DNA of 48,947 bases, taken from Flavobacteriaceae bacterium (GTDB lineage: Bacteria; Bacteroidota; Bacteroidia; Flavobacteriales; Flavobacteriaceae). This document shows positions 9,450 to 19,537 of the stretch, one piece after another. The notes beneath the pieces are model-generated. The model had not been told where the DNA came from and ran no database searches. It saw only the letters and a list, made by a program, of their open reading frames with translations. Position numbers and translations under genes: made by a program. The stretch spans positions 1-48,947 of the forward strand of contig JAMONB010000078.1 of NCBI GenBank assembly GCA_027066745.1, in the 5' to 3' direction. Position 1 is the stretch's first letter. Each line of letters opens with the position of its first letter.

Positions 9450-11645
9450 ATGGAAAAAGAACAATTTTATTATGATAATAAAATAGTTAAACTATTTTTC
9501 TGGGCAACAGTTATTTGGGGTGTTGTCGGGATGACCGTAGGTCTTATGGTCGCCTTTTTATTTTTATTTCCCAATTATATGGAAGGGATTTCATGGTTGA
9601 GTTTTGGTCGTTTACGTCCGTTACACACCAATGCCGCTATCTTTGCTTTTGTAGGAAATGGTTTTTTTGTAGGGATGTATTATTCAATGCAGCGTTTACT
9701 AAAAGCAAGAATGTTTAGTGATACATTGAGTAAAATTCACTTTTGGGGATGGCAATTGATTATAGTTGCTGCTGCGATTACATTACCTTTAGGGTTGACA
9801 TCATCAAAAGAATATGCTGAGTTAGAATGGCCTATTGATATTGCAATAACACTTATTTGGGTGGTTATGGGTATTAATATGGTTGGTACAATGATAAAAA
9901 GAAGGCAACGTCATATGTACGTAGCCATTTGGTTTTATATAGCAACATTTGTAACGATTGCTGTTTTACATATATTCAATAACTTAGAAATGCCAGTTTC
10001 TGCATTTAAAAGCTATTCTGTCTATGCTGGTGTGCAAGATGCATTGATGCAATGGTGGTATGGTCATAATGCCGTGGCATTTTTCTTGACAACACCAATG
10101 TTAGGGTTGATGTATTATTTTGTGCCAAAGGCAGCAAATAGACCCGTATATTCTTATAGGTTATCAATTATTCACTTCTGGTCATTGATATTTATTTATA
10201 TCTGGGCAGGACCTCATCATTTATTATATACAGCATTACCAGATTGGGCACAAAATTTAGGTACTGTTTTTTCTGTAATGCTAATATTCCCATCATGGGG
10301 TGGTATGATAAATGGTTTGTTAACACTACGTGGTGCTTGGGATAAAGTTCGTGAATCTGCAGTTTTAAAATTCTTTGTAGTGGCAATTACCGCTTATGGT
10401 ATGGCAACGTTTGAAGGACCAATGTTAGCTTTTAAAAATGTAAATGCCATTGCACACTATACGGATTGGATAGTTGGGCATGTACATGTTGGAACTTTGG
10501 GCTGGAATGGCTTTCTTATTGCAGGAATGTTATATTGGTTGGCAGAAAAATTATTTAAGACCAGTTTGTATTCTCAAAAATTAGCCAATACACATTTTTG
10601 GATTGGTACGGTTGGTATTTTATTCTATACCATACCACTATATATAGCAGGTTTTATGCAAGCCTTAATGTGGAAAGAGTTTAATCCTGATGGAACATTG
10701 GCATATGGTAACTTTTTAGAGACTGTTGTTGCAATTTTACCAATGTATTGGATGCGTGCTTTAGGAGGTACATTGTATTTTACAGGTTTTTGTATATTAG
10801 CTTATAACTTAATAATGACGGCAAAAAAAGGTTCTGCTGTTGAAGATGAATTGGCAGAAGCAGTACCTCTAAAGAAAATTGGCTCAGGAAGAATTTCAGG
10901 AGAGCATTGGCATGGATGGTTAGAAAGAAGAACTGTTTTATTCACAATTTTAACAACGATTGCAATTGCAATTGGAGGTTTGGTTGAGTTTGTTCCGTTA
11001 GCATTAATAAAGTCAAATGTACCTACAATAGCTACAGTGAAGCCATATACACCATTAGAGTTAGAAGGTAGAGATTTATATATTCGTGAAGGATGTAATA
11101 ATTGTCACTCTCAAATGATACGTCCATTCCGTTCAGAGGTTGAACGTTATGGAGAATACTCTAAAGCAGGTGAGTTTGTTTATGACCATCCTTTTCTATG
11201 GGGATCACGAAGAACGGGACCAGATTTACATCGTATTGGTAAAAAGTACAATTCTAATTGGCATTTTAATCATTTCTTAGATCCGATGAATACGTCACCA
11301 ATGGAAGATAAAATATTGGGTATTTTTAGTGAAGAATGGGCTACACGTAATTTCATGCCTAAGTATACTTGGTTCATTAAAAATGATTTAGATTATAGTG
11401 ATTTAGAAGCAAAAATGAGAGGTTTGGTAACATTAGGCGTTCCTTATTCTGAATTCGAAATAGAGAAAGCTCCACATTTATTAAGGCAACAAGCTTTAGA
11501 AATTGAGAAAGAACTAAGACAAGACCCTGAGTTTGTTGCTAATTATGGTGAAAGTCATATAGAAAAGAAAGAAGTAGTAGCTATAATTGCTTATTTACAA
11601 CGTTTAGGTACAGATATTAAAAAAACAGAAACTACTGAAAATTAA
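9450..11645 (+). CDS. ccoN: cbb3-type cytochrome c oxidase subunits I/II fusion (CcoNO)
   Basis: GRLRPLHTN, WWYGHNAV, WAGPHHL, GHVH; CcoO part with CNNCHSQMIRP and WGSRRTGPDL. Confidence 0.96.
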   Translation: MEKEQFYYDNKIVKLFFWATVIWGVVGMTVGLMVAFLFLFPNYMEGISWLSFGRLRPLHTNAAIFAFVGNGFFVGMYYSMQRLLKARMFSDTLSKIHFWGWQLIIVAAAITLPLGLTSSKEYAELEWPIDIAITLIWVVMGINMVGTMIKRRQRHMYVAIWFYIATFVTIAVLHIFNNLEMPVSAFKSYSVYAGVQDALMQWWYGHNAVAFFLTTPMLGLMYYFVPKAANRPVYSYRLSIIHFWSLIFIYIWAGPHHLLYTALPDWAQNLGTVFSVMLIFPSWGGMINGLLTLRGAWDKVRESAVLKFFVVAITAYGMATFEGPMLAFKNVNAIAHYTDWIVGHVHVGTLGWNGFLIAGMLYWLAEKLFKTSLYSQKLANTHFWIGTVGILFYTIPLYIAGFMQALMWKEFNPDGTLAYGNFLETVVAILPMYWMRALGGTLYFTGFCILAYNLIMTAKKGSAVEDELAEAVPLKKIGSGRISGEHWHGWLERRTVLFTILTTIAIAIGGLVEFVPLALIKSNVPTIATVKPYTPLELEGRDLYIREGCNNCHSQMIRPFRSEVERYGEYSKAGEFVYDHPFLWGSRRTGPDLHRIGKKYNSNWHFNHFLDPMNTSPMEDKILGIFSEEWATRNFMPKYTWFIKNDLDYSDLEAKMRGLVTLGVPYSEFEIEKAPHLLRQQALEIEKELRQDPEFVANYGESHIEKKEVVAIIAYLQRLGTDIKKTETTEN

Positions 11646-11650
11646 GAATC

Positions 11651-11821
11651 ATGTTAAAATATATTAAACATAATTTAGAAAGTATTGATGGTGTAGCTAT
11701 TTATCCAATTATATCTTTAGTCACCTTTTTTACTGTTTTTGTAGTGATGCTATTTATCGTTTTAAAAATGAAAAAAAGTGATTTAAAAGAGATAAAAAAT
11801 TTACCATTAGACGAAGATTAA
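11651..11821 (+). CDS. ccoQ: cbb3 oxidase subunit CcoQ (56 aa; missing from the ORF track)
   Basis: Hand translation MLKYIKHNLESIDGVAIYPIISLVTFFTVFVVMLFIVLKMKKSDLKEIKNLPLDED*; position between ccoNO and ccoP. Confidence 0.88.
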   Translation: MLKYIKHNLESIDGVAIYPIISLVTFFTVFVVMLFIVLKMKKSDLKEIKNLPLDED

Positions 11822-11828
11822 CAACCAA

Positions 11829-11860
11829 TTTGACAGCTACTTATTTAAGTAGCTGTCAAA
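11829..11860. other. Perfect 15-bp intra-operon inverted repeat
   Basis: TTTGACAGCTACTTA-tt-TAAGTAGCTGTCAAA between ccoQ and ccoP; no U tail on +. Confidence 0.8.
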
Positions 11861-11876
11861 CATAAAATATAAAAAA

Positions 11877-12521
11877 ATGAGTAATAATATAGAAAATTTA
11901 TCAGCTTGGCAACGGTTCGTTAAAAAGATGACTAAAGCCAATGAGCTTGGCAAAGAAGAAGATATCATGACAGATCATGATTATGATGGCATTCGTGAAC
12001 TTGATAATGTTTTGCCTCCTTGGTGGTTGTACGGGTTTTACATTACCATCGCTATTAGTATTTTTTACTATATCATGATTTTTATGGGGAATTACAATCA
12101 AGAACAAGAATATGTTGATGATGTAGCTAACGGAAAAAAAGAAGTGGCTGCTTGGATGGCACAGGATAAAATTGATCACCCTGAAAAATATACAGAAGCT
12201 AAGGCATCTACAGATCCTAAAGATCTTGCAAAAGGGAAAGAGTTATTTGCATCTAAAACCTGTACGGCATGTCACTTGGCAGATTTAGGAGGAAGTATAG
12301 GTCCAAATTTGACAGATAATAAATGGGTTCTTGGTGGTGGATTTGAAAAGATTTTTAACACAATTACAAAAGGTGGTAGACCAGGAAAAGGTATGGTAGC
12401 TTGGGAGGCAAAAATTTCTAAGGAAGAAAGACAGCAACTAGCAAGTTATATTATTTCTATGCAAGGTACAACACCTGCAAAACCAAAAGATCCTCAAGGA
12501 GAATTTACTTGGCCCGAATAA
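11877..12521 (+). CDS. ccoP: cbb3 oxidase subunit III CcoP (monoheme)
   Basis: HDYDGIRELDN.LPPWW, CTACH, GPNLTD, GMVAW. Confidence 0.92.
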   Translation: MSNNIENLSAWQRFVKKMTKANELGKEEDIMTDHDYDGIRELDNVLPPWWLYGFYITIAISIFYYIMIFMGNYNQEQEYVDDVANGKKEVAAWMAQDKIDHPEKYTEAKASTDPKDLAKGKELFASKTCTACHLADLGGSIGPNLTDNKWVLGGGFEKIFNTITKGGRPGKGMVAWEAKISKEERQQLASYIISMQGTTPAKPKDPQGEFTWPE

Positions 12522-12807
12522 ATTATCAAGTACAGATTCAACTAATTGTTATTAATTAGTAAATTAGGACTGTTTTTTATGAGTTGAATGATGTTACAAA
12601 TGTTGCTTAAATTAATTAATAATTGTAGTATTTTTGTAGTATTATAAACCCATAAAAAACAGTTTTTTTTGGTGTCTTATTTTATTGTAATTTTTAAAGA
12701 AAATATTTTTTGAATAAGCTTTAGAATTAGTAACCTTTAGTTAATTTAAGGTTGAAATATTTTCTACAATTAAAGAGAATGGTATAATACATTTTTAATA
12801 AAAATTT

Positions 12808-14217
12808 ATGTCAGATCAAGGAAAAGAAGTTTTTAGAGATTCTATTGGTACTATAGATGATTCAGGGAGTAGAAATTTTATCTATCCTAAAAAACCAAAA
12901 GGAAAATTTACAAATTATAGAACCTATGTTTCTTGGGTTCTGCTAGCAATGTTATTATCTGCTCCTTTTATAAAAGTAAATGGTAATCAGTTTTTGTTAT
13001 TTAATTTAGGGGAACGTAAATTTAATATTTTCGGATTTCCTTTTTGGCCTCAAGATTTTTATTTATTAGTAATATCAGTATTAATAGGTGTTGTATTTAT
13101 TATTGTTTTTACTGTTATTTTTGGTCGTATTTTTTGTGGTTGGATGTGCCCGCAAACTATATTTTTAGAAATGGTATTCCGTAAAGTTGAATTTGCTATA
13201 GAAGGAGATAGACACAAGCAAATAAAATTAAGCAAGCAAGAATGGAATGCTGAAAAGATACGAAAGAAAGGATTAAAATGGTTTGTCTTTTTTGTGATTT
13301 CATTTATCATGGCAAATGTTTTTCTTGCCTATTTTATAGGTAGTGATGTATTGATACAACATATTAAAGACGGACCATTCGTAAATTTAGCTACTTTTAT
13401 TAAGCTGTTGGTATTCACAGGAGTATTCTATTTTGTATTTGCTTGGTTTAGAGAGCAAGCTTGTATCATTGTTTGTCCTTATGGAAGACTTCAAGGCGTT
13501 TTATTAGATAATAAGTCAATCAATGTAGCTTATGATTATAAACGTGGAGAATCAGAAAATGGAAGAAAGAAGTTTAGGAAAAATGAAGATAGAGCCGATT
13601 TAGGACATGGTGATTGTATTGACTGTAATCAATGCGTTCATGTTTGTCCAACAGGTATAGACATAAGAAATGGTACTCAGTTAGAATGTGTAAACTGTAC
13701 AGCTTGTATAGACGCCTGTGATGAAGTGATGGGTAAAGTAGGCTATGATAAGGGGCTAATTCGTTATGCATCAGAAGACAATATTGCTAAAGGTGAAAAG
13801 TTTAAATTTACTGGAAGGTTAAAATTTTATGCAACAGTTTTATTACTTTTGATGGGGCTTTTAGTTTCTTTACTTTTTATTAGACAAGATGTAGATGCAA
13901 CTTTAGTAAGGTTACCAGGAAAAATGTTTTATACAGAAGGAAAGAATATTAAAAATGTATATACCTTCAAGGTGATAAATAAAACCATAAAGAATATTGA
14001 AAATATTGAATTAAAATTGATAAATCATAGCGGTACTATTGAAATGATTGGAGGCAATGTTACTGTTAAAAATCAAGACTTAGCTGAAGGAACTATTTTT
14101 ATATTGATTCCTAAAAAAGACTTAAAATCATCAAAAGAAAAGATTAAAATTGGTGTTTATTCTAACGGAAAATTAATAGAAACAACCATTACCAATTTTC
14201 CAGGGCCAATTAAATAA
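12808..14217 (+). CDS. ccoG: Cytochrome c oxidase accessory protein CcoG/FixG
   Basis: CGWMCPQT, CIIVCPYG, CIDCNQCVHVCP, CVNCTACIDAC. Confidence 0.95.
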   Translation: MSDQGKEVFRDSIGTIDDSGSRNFIYPKKPKGKFTNYRTYVSWVLLAMLLSAPFIKVNGNQFLLFNLGERKFNIFGFPFWPQDFYLLVISVLIGVVFIIVFTVIFGRIFCGWMCPQTIFLEMVFRKVEFAIEGDRHKQIKLSKQEWNAEKIRKKGLKWFVFFVISFIMANVFLAYFIGSDVLIQHIKDGPFVNLATFIKLLVFTGVFYFVFAWFREQACIIVCPYGRLQGVLLDNKSINVAYDYKRGESENGRKKFRKNEDRADLGHGDCIDCNQCVHVCPTGIDIRNGTQLECVNCTACIDACDEVMGKVGYDKGLIRYASEDNIAKGEKFKFTGRLKFYATVLLLLMGLLVSLLFIRQDVDATLVRLPGKMFYTEGKNIKNVYTFKVINKTIKNIENIELKLINHSGTIEMIGGNVTVKNQDLAEGTIFILIPKKDLKSSKEKIKIGVYSNGKLIETTITNFPGPIK

Positions 14218-14308
14218 GTCGTCAGCTGAGCGGGTGTGTACAAACAATAGATTTAAATAAAACAAAGAGACCATTGTTACACTTTATTAGCAAATTAAAT
14301 TAGATATC

Positions 14309-14755
14309 ATGAAAATAAATTGGGGAACAGGGGTGGCAATTGCAATGATTTCATTTATGGTTTTTATACTTTCATTTGTATATAAAACTTTTACAGACAG
14401 AAGTTATGATCATCATTTGGTTAGTGAAGAGTATTATAAAGATGAAGTCAATTTTCAACAAGAAATAGATGCTTTAGCTAATGCAAGAAAGTTAAAAGAA
14501 CTTATTGTATTAGAAAATACAGATAATGGTATTTTGATAACTTTCCCTTCTGATGTAGCAGACAAAAAAGTTGAAGGGGTAATTGCTTTTCAAAGAGCTT
14601 CGAATATCAAATTAGACTTTAACTTACCTATCAATTTAAAAGAGAATAAACTTTTAATTCGTGATAAAAAATTGGCAAGAGGTTTGTACAATGTCAAAAT
14701 CGACTGGAAGGCAGGTGCTGTAAAATATTTATATAAAGAGAAATATACATATTAG
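14309..14755 (+). CDS. ccoH: FixH/CcoH family protein
   Basis: NWGTG, single TM helix, LVSEEYY motif; position after ccoG. Confidence 0.85.
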   Translation: MKINWGTGVAIAMISFMVFILSFVYKTFTDRSYDHHLVSEEYYKDEVNFQQEIDALANARKLKELIVLENTDNGILITFPSDVADKKVEGVIAFQRASNIKLDFNLPINLKENKLLIRDKKLARGLYNVKIDWKAGAVKYLYKEKYTY

Positions 14756-14786
14756 TCTTTAAATTTACTGGCTAAATATTACAATA

Positions 14787-15491
14787 ATGCTATACACCGC
14801 TTTTATATTAGGTTTATTAGGTAGTTTCCACTGTATTGGTATGTGTGGCCCTATAGCTTTTGTATTACCTTTAGATAGATCTAGCAAGACAAAAATGGTA
14901 TTTCAAACATTTTTATACCATTTTGGAAGGTTATTGACCTATGCGATTATTGGTTTAGTGTTTGGTATGATAGGTAAAGGGCTTTATTTAGCAGGGTTTC
15001 AACAGCGTTTGTCTATCTTAATGGGGGTAATTATGATTTTGACAATTATTGTTCCTGTAAATTATTTTAATCGTTTTCAAATTACAAAACCTTTGTATAA
15101 AATCATAGGAAAAGTAAAACAACAATTAGGATTATACCTTAATAAAAAGTCAAATAAATCTATCTTTCTAATCGGATTTTTTAATGGCTTTTTACCTTGT
15201 GGATTGGTCTATATGGCTTTGATAGGTTCTATAGCCACATCAAATGCAACTAATGGAGCAATTTATATGTTTCTTTTCGGATTAGGGACAGTGCCTATGA
15301 TGAGTGCAGCTGTTTTAGCTGGTAATTTTTTAAAGGTTTCAATACGAAACAAAATTCAAAAAGCTATTCCCGTTTTTGTTGTTATTATCGGGTTGTTATT
15401 TATACTCAGAGGTCTAGGCTTAGGTATTCCTTATATTTCCCCTTCTGACGCTAAATTACAAATCTCTAACAATGCAGCTGCTTGTGAGTGA
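14787..15491 (+). CDS. DsbD_2 / TauE-SafE-like membrane protein (cbb3 biogenesis)
   Basis: GSFHCIGMCGP, YHFGR, GFLPCGLVY, FGLGT.P. Confidence 0.88.
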   Translation: MLYTAFILGLLGSFHCIGMCGPIAFVLPLDRSSKTKMVFQTFLYHFGRLLTYAIIGLVFGMIGKGLYLAGFQQRLSILMGVIMILTIIVPVNYFNRFQITKPLYKIIGKVKQQLGLYLNKKSNKSIFLIGFFNGFLPCGLVYMALIGSIATSNATNGAIYMFLFGLGTVPMMSAAVLAGNFLKVSIRNKIQKAIPVFVVIIGLLFILRGLGLGIPYISPSDAKLQISNNAAACE

Positions 15492-15529
15492 CAAGGTTAT
15501 AAAATTCTTTCATTAAGGACGAAGGAGAT

Positions 15530-16201
15530 TTAATTTACATATTCATTCATATCTATATGAATGGAATCATTTTTAATATTCTGAAGGGTTGCTTTTAAAT
15601 ATAAGTAATCTTTATAGCTTAAGTGTTTATCAAAACTCAAATGCAATTTTAGAGAGGTTGATTGATGATTGATATAATTCTTTAATTCAGCAATGTCAAT
15701 AATACTATCATTAATTGAGAATTTACTTTTAGTACAGTTGATGGAAAGATGTTTAGTGACACTATTATTTTTAAATTTTGTTAACTCAAATCTTTTATCC
15801 GTAATATAATTGATGTCATCAAACTGCACCATTGATAGTTTTTTAGAACCAGAATCTACATAAGAGAAATAATTAGTATCATCTTCATCTTTAGGATGCA
15901 TACCTTGTTTTTTCCTTTTTTTAATCATTTTAATTAAATGAGGAACAATTTGATGCAATGTTAATTTTTTATCAATATTATAAATCCAATTTGTAGATGA
16001 AATGGCATTTTTTCTATTTAATTCAGCAACAGTATCGTTTTCGTGCAATTTTAAAAATATCCATATCTGCGAGTTGTCATAAATAGTATCTTGTATTCCG
16101 CTTACATTTAAGACAGGTAATTTCACCTCTTTCTGATTACAACTTGTAAAGCAGATAAATAGAAGTGCTATAGGCAGGAAAAATTTTAACGCATGTTTCA
16201 T
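15530..16201 (-). CDS. Hypothetical lipoprotein
   Basis: Lipobox FTSC; 4-nt overlap with the decarboxylase stop. Confidence 0.7.
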   Translation of the reverse strand: MKHALKFFLPIALLFICFTSCNQKEVKLPVLNVSGIQDTIYDNSQIWIFLKLHENDTVAELNRKNAISSTNWIYNIDKKLTLHQIVPHLIKMIKKRKKQGMHPKDEDDTNYFSYVDSGSKKLSMVQFDDINYITDKRFELTKFKNNSVTKHLSINCTKSKFSINDSIIDIAELKNYINHQSTSLKLHLSFDKHLSYKDYLYLKATLQNIKNDSIHIDMNEYVN

Positions 16202-17646
16202 GACTCTAAATTTAATAAATACTCGTCAGCATATTGTTCACATAGGTCTAAAGTTTCTAGAACATGGTCAATTGTTGTTCTAGGATTTATCAAACACATA
16301 CGTAAAACCACTTGATTTTGGAGTATGGTAGTAACTAATACAGCCTCTCTTGAGTTGATAATTTGTTCTGAAATATATTGATTCAGTTTATCTAATTCCT
16401 TTTCTGAGAGTTTATTTTTTATAGGATGACACCTGAAATTGATTACAGCAAGTGTAGCAGGAGAAATGACTTCCCATTTTGGACTCTTTCTCAAAATCTC
16501 TTCAAGTTCTTCCGTTAAGGAGATACTGTATTGTATAGCACTTTTAAAACTATTGAGACCAAAAGTTTTAATAGACATATAAAATTTTAAAGCCCTGAAG
16601 CGTCTAGTCAACTGAATACCGTGGTCGTAAAAATTTATTTCAGATTTATTTCCTTCAACATCACGTAAATATTCAGGTTTTTCTGTAAAAGTATCACTTA
16701 ACCACTTGTGCTTTTTTACCAAAAGGCAACCCATTTCATAAGGCTGAAAAAACCATTTATGGGGGTCTACAGTTAAAGAATCTGCTTTTTCAATACCTTT
16801 TAAGGTTTGGTATCCTTTATCAGATAAAATTGCAGCAGCACCATAAGCTCCATCTATGTGAAACCATAATTTTTCTTTTTTACAAATTGCAGCAAGTTCA
16901 TTTAAAGGATCTATTGTACCTGTATTAGTTGTACCAGCCGAAGCAATAAAACAAAAAGGTTGATTGCCTTGAAGCTTGTCTTTTGCGATGGCGTTTTTAA
17001 GTTTATTTAATGAAATTTTAAACTCATTATCCGTAGGGATAATACGGATCTGTTTTTTTGAAAAACCAAGCACCCTAATTGCTTTTATATTTGAAGAATG
17101 TGCTTGATCTGACAAATAGATGATAGCTTTAGAAAAGTCATCACCACACTTGACACGCCTTGCGGTTGCTAAAGCTGTTAAGTTTGCCATAGAACCTCCG
17201 CTGGTAAAAATACCACCACCTTTTTTAATAGGAAAACGAAACATTTCTAGCAACCAATGAATAGTCACAATTTCTAATTCTGCAGCTGCTGGAGATGCCT
17301 GCCATCCACCAGAAAAAACATTGAAGCCTGTCGCTAAGGTGTCAGCCATAGTACTAATATAATTACTAGGTCCAGGAACAAATGAATAAAATTTTGGATG
17401 CGTTGGCAAATCAGAATGCGAGAAAACATTATTTACGACATGATCTAATACTTTTTGAGCTTTAGTTGGCTCATAAGGGATACCTTCATGTAATAAAGCG
17501 TCCATTTCTTTTCTATCTGCTATACTTACTGGTTTAAGAGAGTCTAAACTATCAAAATGAGAAGTTAATATATCAATAACTTTATAGCCACACTCTTGCA
17601 TTTCTTTTTTAGAAAGTGAGAGTGTAGTATTTAAATTTTTACTCAT
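16198..17646 (-). CDS. PLP-dependent group II amino-acid decarboxylase
   Basis: TSGGSMAN, AGTTNTG, HIDGAYG, DPHKW (PLP lysine). ATG 17646 follows a TAGCTTTG -7 element (17661-17668); the longer TTG start overlaps the upstream gene. Confidence 0.9.
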   Translation of the reverse strand: MSKNLNTTLSLSKKEMQECGYKVIDILTSHFDSLDSLKPVSIADRKEMDALLHEGIPYEPTKAQKVLDHVVNNVFSHSDLPTHPKFYSFVPGPSNYISTMADTLATGFNVFSGGWQASPAAAELEIVTIHWLLEMFRFPIKKGGGIFTSGGSMANLTALATARRVKCGDDFSKAIIYLSDQAHSSNIKAIRVLGFSKKQIRIIPTDNEFKISLNKLKNAIAKDKLQGNQPFCFIASAGTTNTGTIDPLNELAAICKKEKLWFHIDGAYGAAAILSDKGYQTLKGIEKADSLTVDPHKWFFQPYEMGCLLVKKHKWLSDTFTEKPEYLRDVEGNKSEINFYDHGIQLTRRFRALKFYMSIKTFGLNSFKSAIQYSISLTEELEEILRKSPKWEVISPATLAVINFRCHPIKNKLSEKELDKLNQYISEQIINSREAVLVTTILQNQVVLRMCLINPRTTIDHVLETLDLCEQYADEYLLNLES

Positions 17647-17708
17647 AAATTTACTTTTTGCAAAGCTAGATAATTTAAGACGATAACTATAAATTAAATA
17701 ATGATTTT

Positions 17709-17948
17709 CTATAATATCAATAAAATAATTGTAATAAAAAATAACAAGTAAATTGATAGCATCATTTTCCAAAAGAGATTGGCTTTTTTTAATTCCATAA
17801 ATTGAAAAGAAACATAAAGAAATTTAATTGCAGAAATGAGTAAAATGAAATACACACCAACTTTTAAATCTATTAAATTAGAAACTAATGCTGTTGTAAT
17901 TGTTAAGAAAATTAATATTAGTAGTGTATATGAAATGGTCTTAGTCAT
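17709..17948 (-). CDS. COX subunit IV-like small membrane protein (NorF-like)
   Basis: Hydrophobic 79 aa with KF..V.FQFMELK motif; follows norE. Confidence 0.75.
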   Translation of the reverse strand: MTKTISYTLLILIFLTITTALVSNLIDLKVGVYFILLISAIKFLYVSFQFMELKKANLFWKMMLSIYLLFFITIILLIL

Positions 17949-17951
17949 CTG

Positions 17952-18527
17952 TTAAAAAATTAAATATAGAATTGGAAATAATAATAGCCAAATTAGGTCA
18001 CACATATGCCAAAATGCAGCACCTGCTTCCATATCTTCAAGTAGTAACGTTCTTTTCTTAAGACCTTTTTGTGTAAAAAGTAAAATGACTAAGCCCACCA
18101 ATACATGAATAACATGAAAACCAGTTAATAACCAATAAAAGGTAAAAAATGAATTTGAACCTAAGGTATACCCTGATTTAATTTTGAGGTAATATTCTAT
18201 ACCTTTTAATATTAAAAAGAGTAAACCACCAAGCATTGTTAATTTAATAAATAATGATGCTTCTTTTAAATTATTTTGTTTGAATTGATGTACTGTTACT
18301 GCCATAAAAGCACCGCTTGTTAATAAAAACACAGTATTTATAGCCCCAAAAGTGGAATTTAAATGCAACCTAGATTGATGAAATAGTTCAAGATTATCTT
18401 TACTATTAATTACCAAAATGATAAGAGCTATACCAAAGGTGATCAGTTCTAAAAAAATAAGAATCCATAGTAGTATTCCTCCTGGTGGATAGTAGATGTT
18501 TTTATAATCTATTTTTACTGTTTCCAT
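17952..18527 (-). CDS. norE: NorE-like protein (cytochrome oxidase subunit III family)
   Basis: LELITF, NTVFLLTSG, LTGFHVIHV, FWHMCDLIWLLLFP. Confidence 0.82.
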   Translation of the reverse strand: METVKIDYKNIYYPPGGILLWILIFLELITFGIALIILVINSKDNLELFHQSRLHLNSTFGAINTVFLLTSGAFMAVTVHQFKQNNLKEASLFIKLTMLGGLLFLILKGIEYYLKIKSGYTLGSNSFFTFYWLLTGFHVIHVLVGLVILLFTQKGLKKRTLLLEDMEAGAAFWHMCDLIWLLLFPILYLIF

Positions 18528-18553
18528 AATTGTATATTAAGGCTGTTTACTAA

Positions 18554-19534
18554 TTAATCCCAATCATCTAACAAACGTTTTTGTCCTTCTAATTTTTGTA
18601 TTTCTGTAACATCTTGACTCATTTCTATAACACCGCGATAGATATTTTCTTTATCTCTAATTGCAAAATATCGTATATGTATCATTCTGCCTTTAAAGTT
18701 AATCCAAAATTCAGCAACATCTTTGGTTCCTGCTTTAAATTCTTCTACAATACGTAATACTAAATGCACACTTTTTGGAGGGTGGCAAAATTTCACTTCA
18801 CGGCCAATAATGCCTTTACTACGCGGAAAAACACGGTCTTCACCTCGGTTATAGAAAATCACTTTATCATTTTCATCTACATAAGTAATATCTACAGGTA
18901 AAAATTTTAATAAAAGATTTACTTGCTCAGGTGTCATATGCCCTTCGTCATAATGAAATGTATTTTCAAGTGAAAAGGATAATTCTCGTTTTTTCGTATC
19001 CATACTTGGGTGTATGTATTCCTCTTCCTTTGGTGCAGGATAGGGTGTAGGGTTACTTGTCAGCATCCATCCAATTTCTTGATCTCCTTGGTAAAACTCT
19101 TTCCAGTCATCTTCGGTTAAAAGATCCATAGCATTTGGAAACAAACGAGAGTCTTCAATACCCATTAAACGTCTAATTCCATCAATTAAATAAGGAATGT
19201 TTTCACTAATTTTTGCAATATTTTTTTCTTCATTATAGGTGTTGAGCAATCTAATTTGATCACGTAATGTATCATGAAATGACCACATACCTTGACTAGG
19301 CCCTTCCCAACCATGTTTTTCTAGATAAGGAAATAACTGATTTTCTTTTCTGGCAAAGCGTTTCTCTACAGTTGTTAATTGGTTAAAAATATTGAAATAT
19401 TTTTGAAAATCTACTTTTGGATCTACACTTTCTAATTCTGTTAAAATTTTTTGAAGTAATGTACCTTCTTCGTAATACACTTTTATAGGGTGTCCTTCAG
19501 GTAACTTTTCAACTTTTTGTATAAATGGATTCAT
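18554..19534 (-). CDS. DUF438 / hemerythrin-like plus PAS_10 domain protein
   Basis: GHPI, RKENQLFP.LE, MWSFHD, LPVDITYVDEND, CHPPKS. Confidence 0.8.
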   Translation of the reverse strand: MNPFIQKVEKLPEGHPIKVYYEEGTLLQKILTELESVDPKVDFQKYFNIFNQLTTVEKRFARKENQLFPYLEKHGWEGPSQGMWSFHDTLRDQIRLLNTYNEEKNIAKISENIPYLIDGIRRLMGIEDSRLFPNAMDLLTEDDWKEFYQGDQEIGWMLTSNPTPYPAPKEEEYIHPSMDTKKRELSFSLENTFHYDEGHMTPEQVNLLLKFLPVDITYVDENDKVIFYNRGEDRVFPRSKGIIGREVKFCHPPKSVHLVLRIVEEFKAGTKDVAEFWINFKGRMIHIRYFAIRDKENIYRGVIEMSQDVTEIQKLEGQKRLLDDWD

Positions 19535-19537
19535 ATT

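Noticed and set aside
12522-12807. 285-nt gap between ccoP and ccoG as a possible hidden gene or RNA
   Set aside because: Very AT-rich, with no convincing ORF, stable hairpin or regulatory box found by eye
15530-17646. Decarboxylase and lipoprotein as part of the nor operon
   Set aside because: They have their own TAGCTTTG -7 element at 17661-17668 and neither regulatory box; more likely flanking core genes at the island edge
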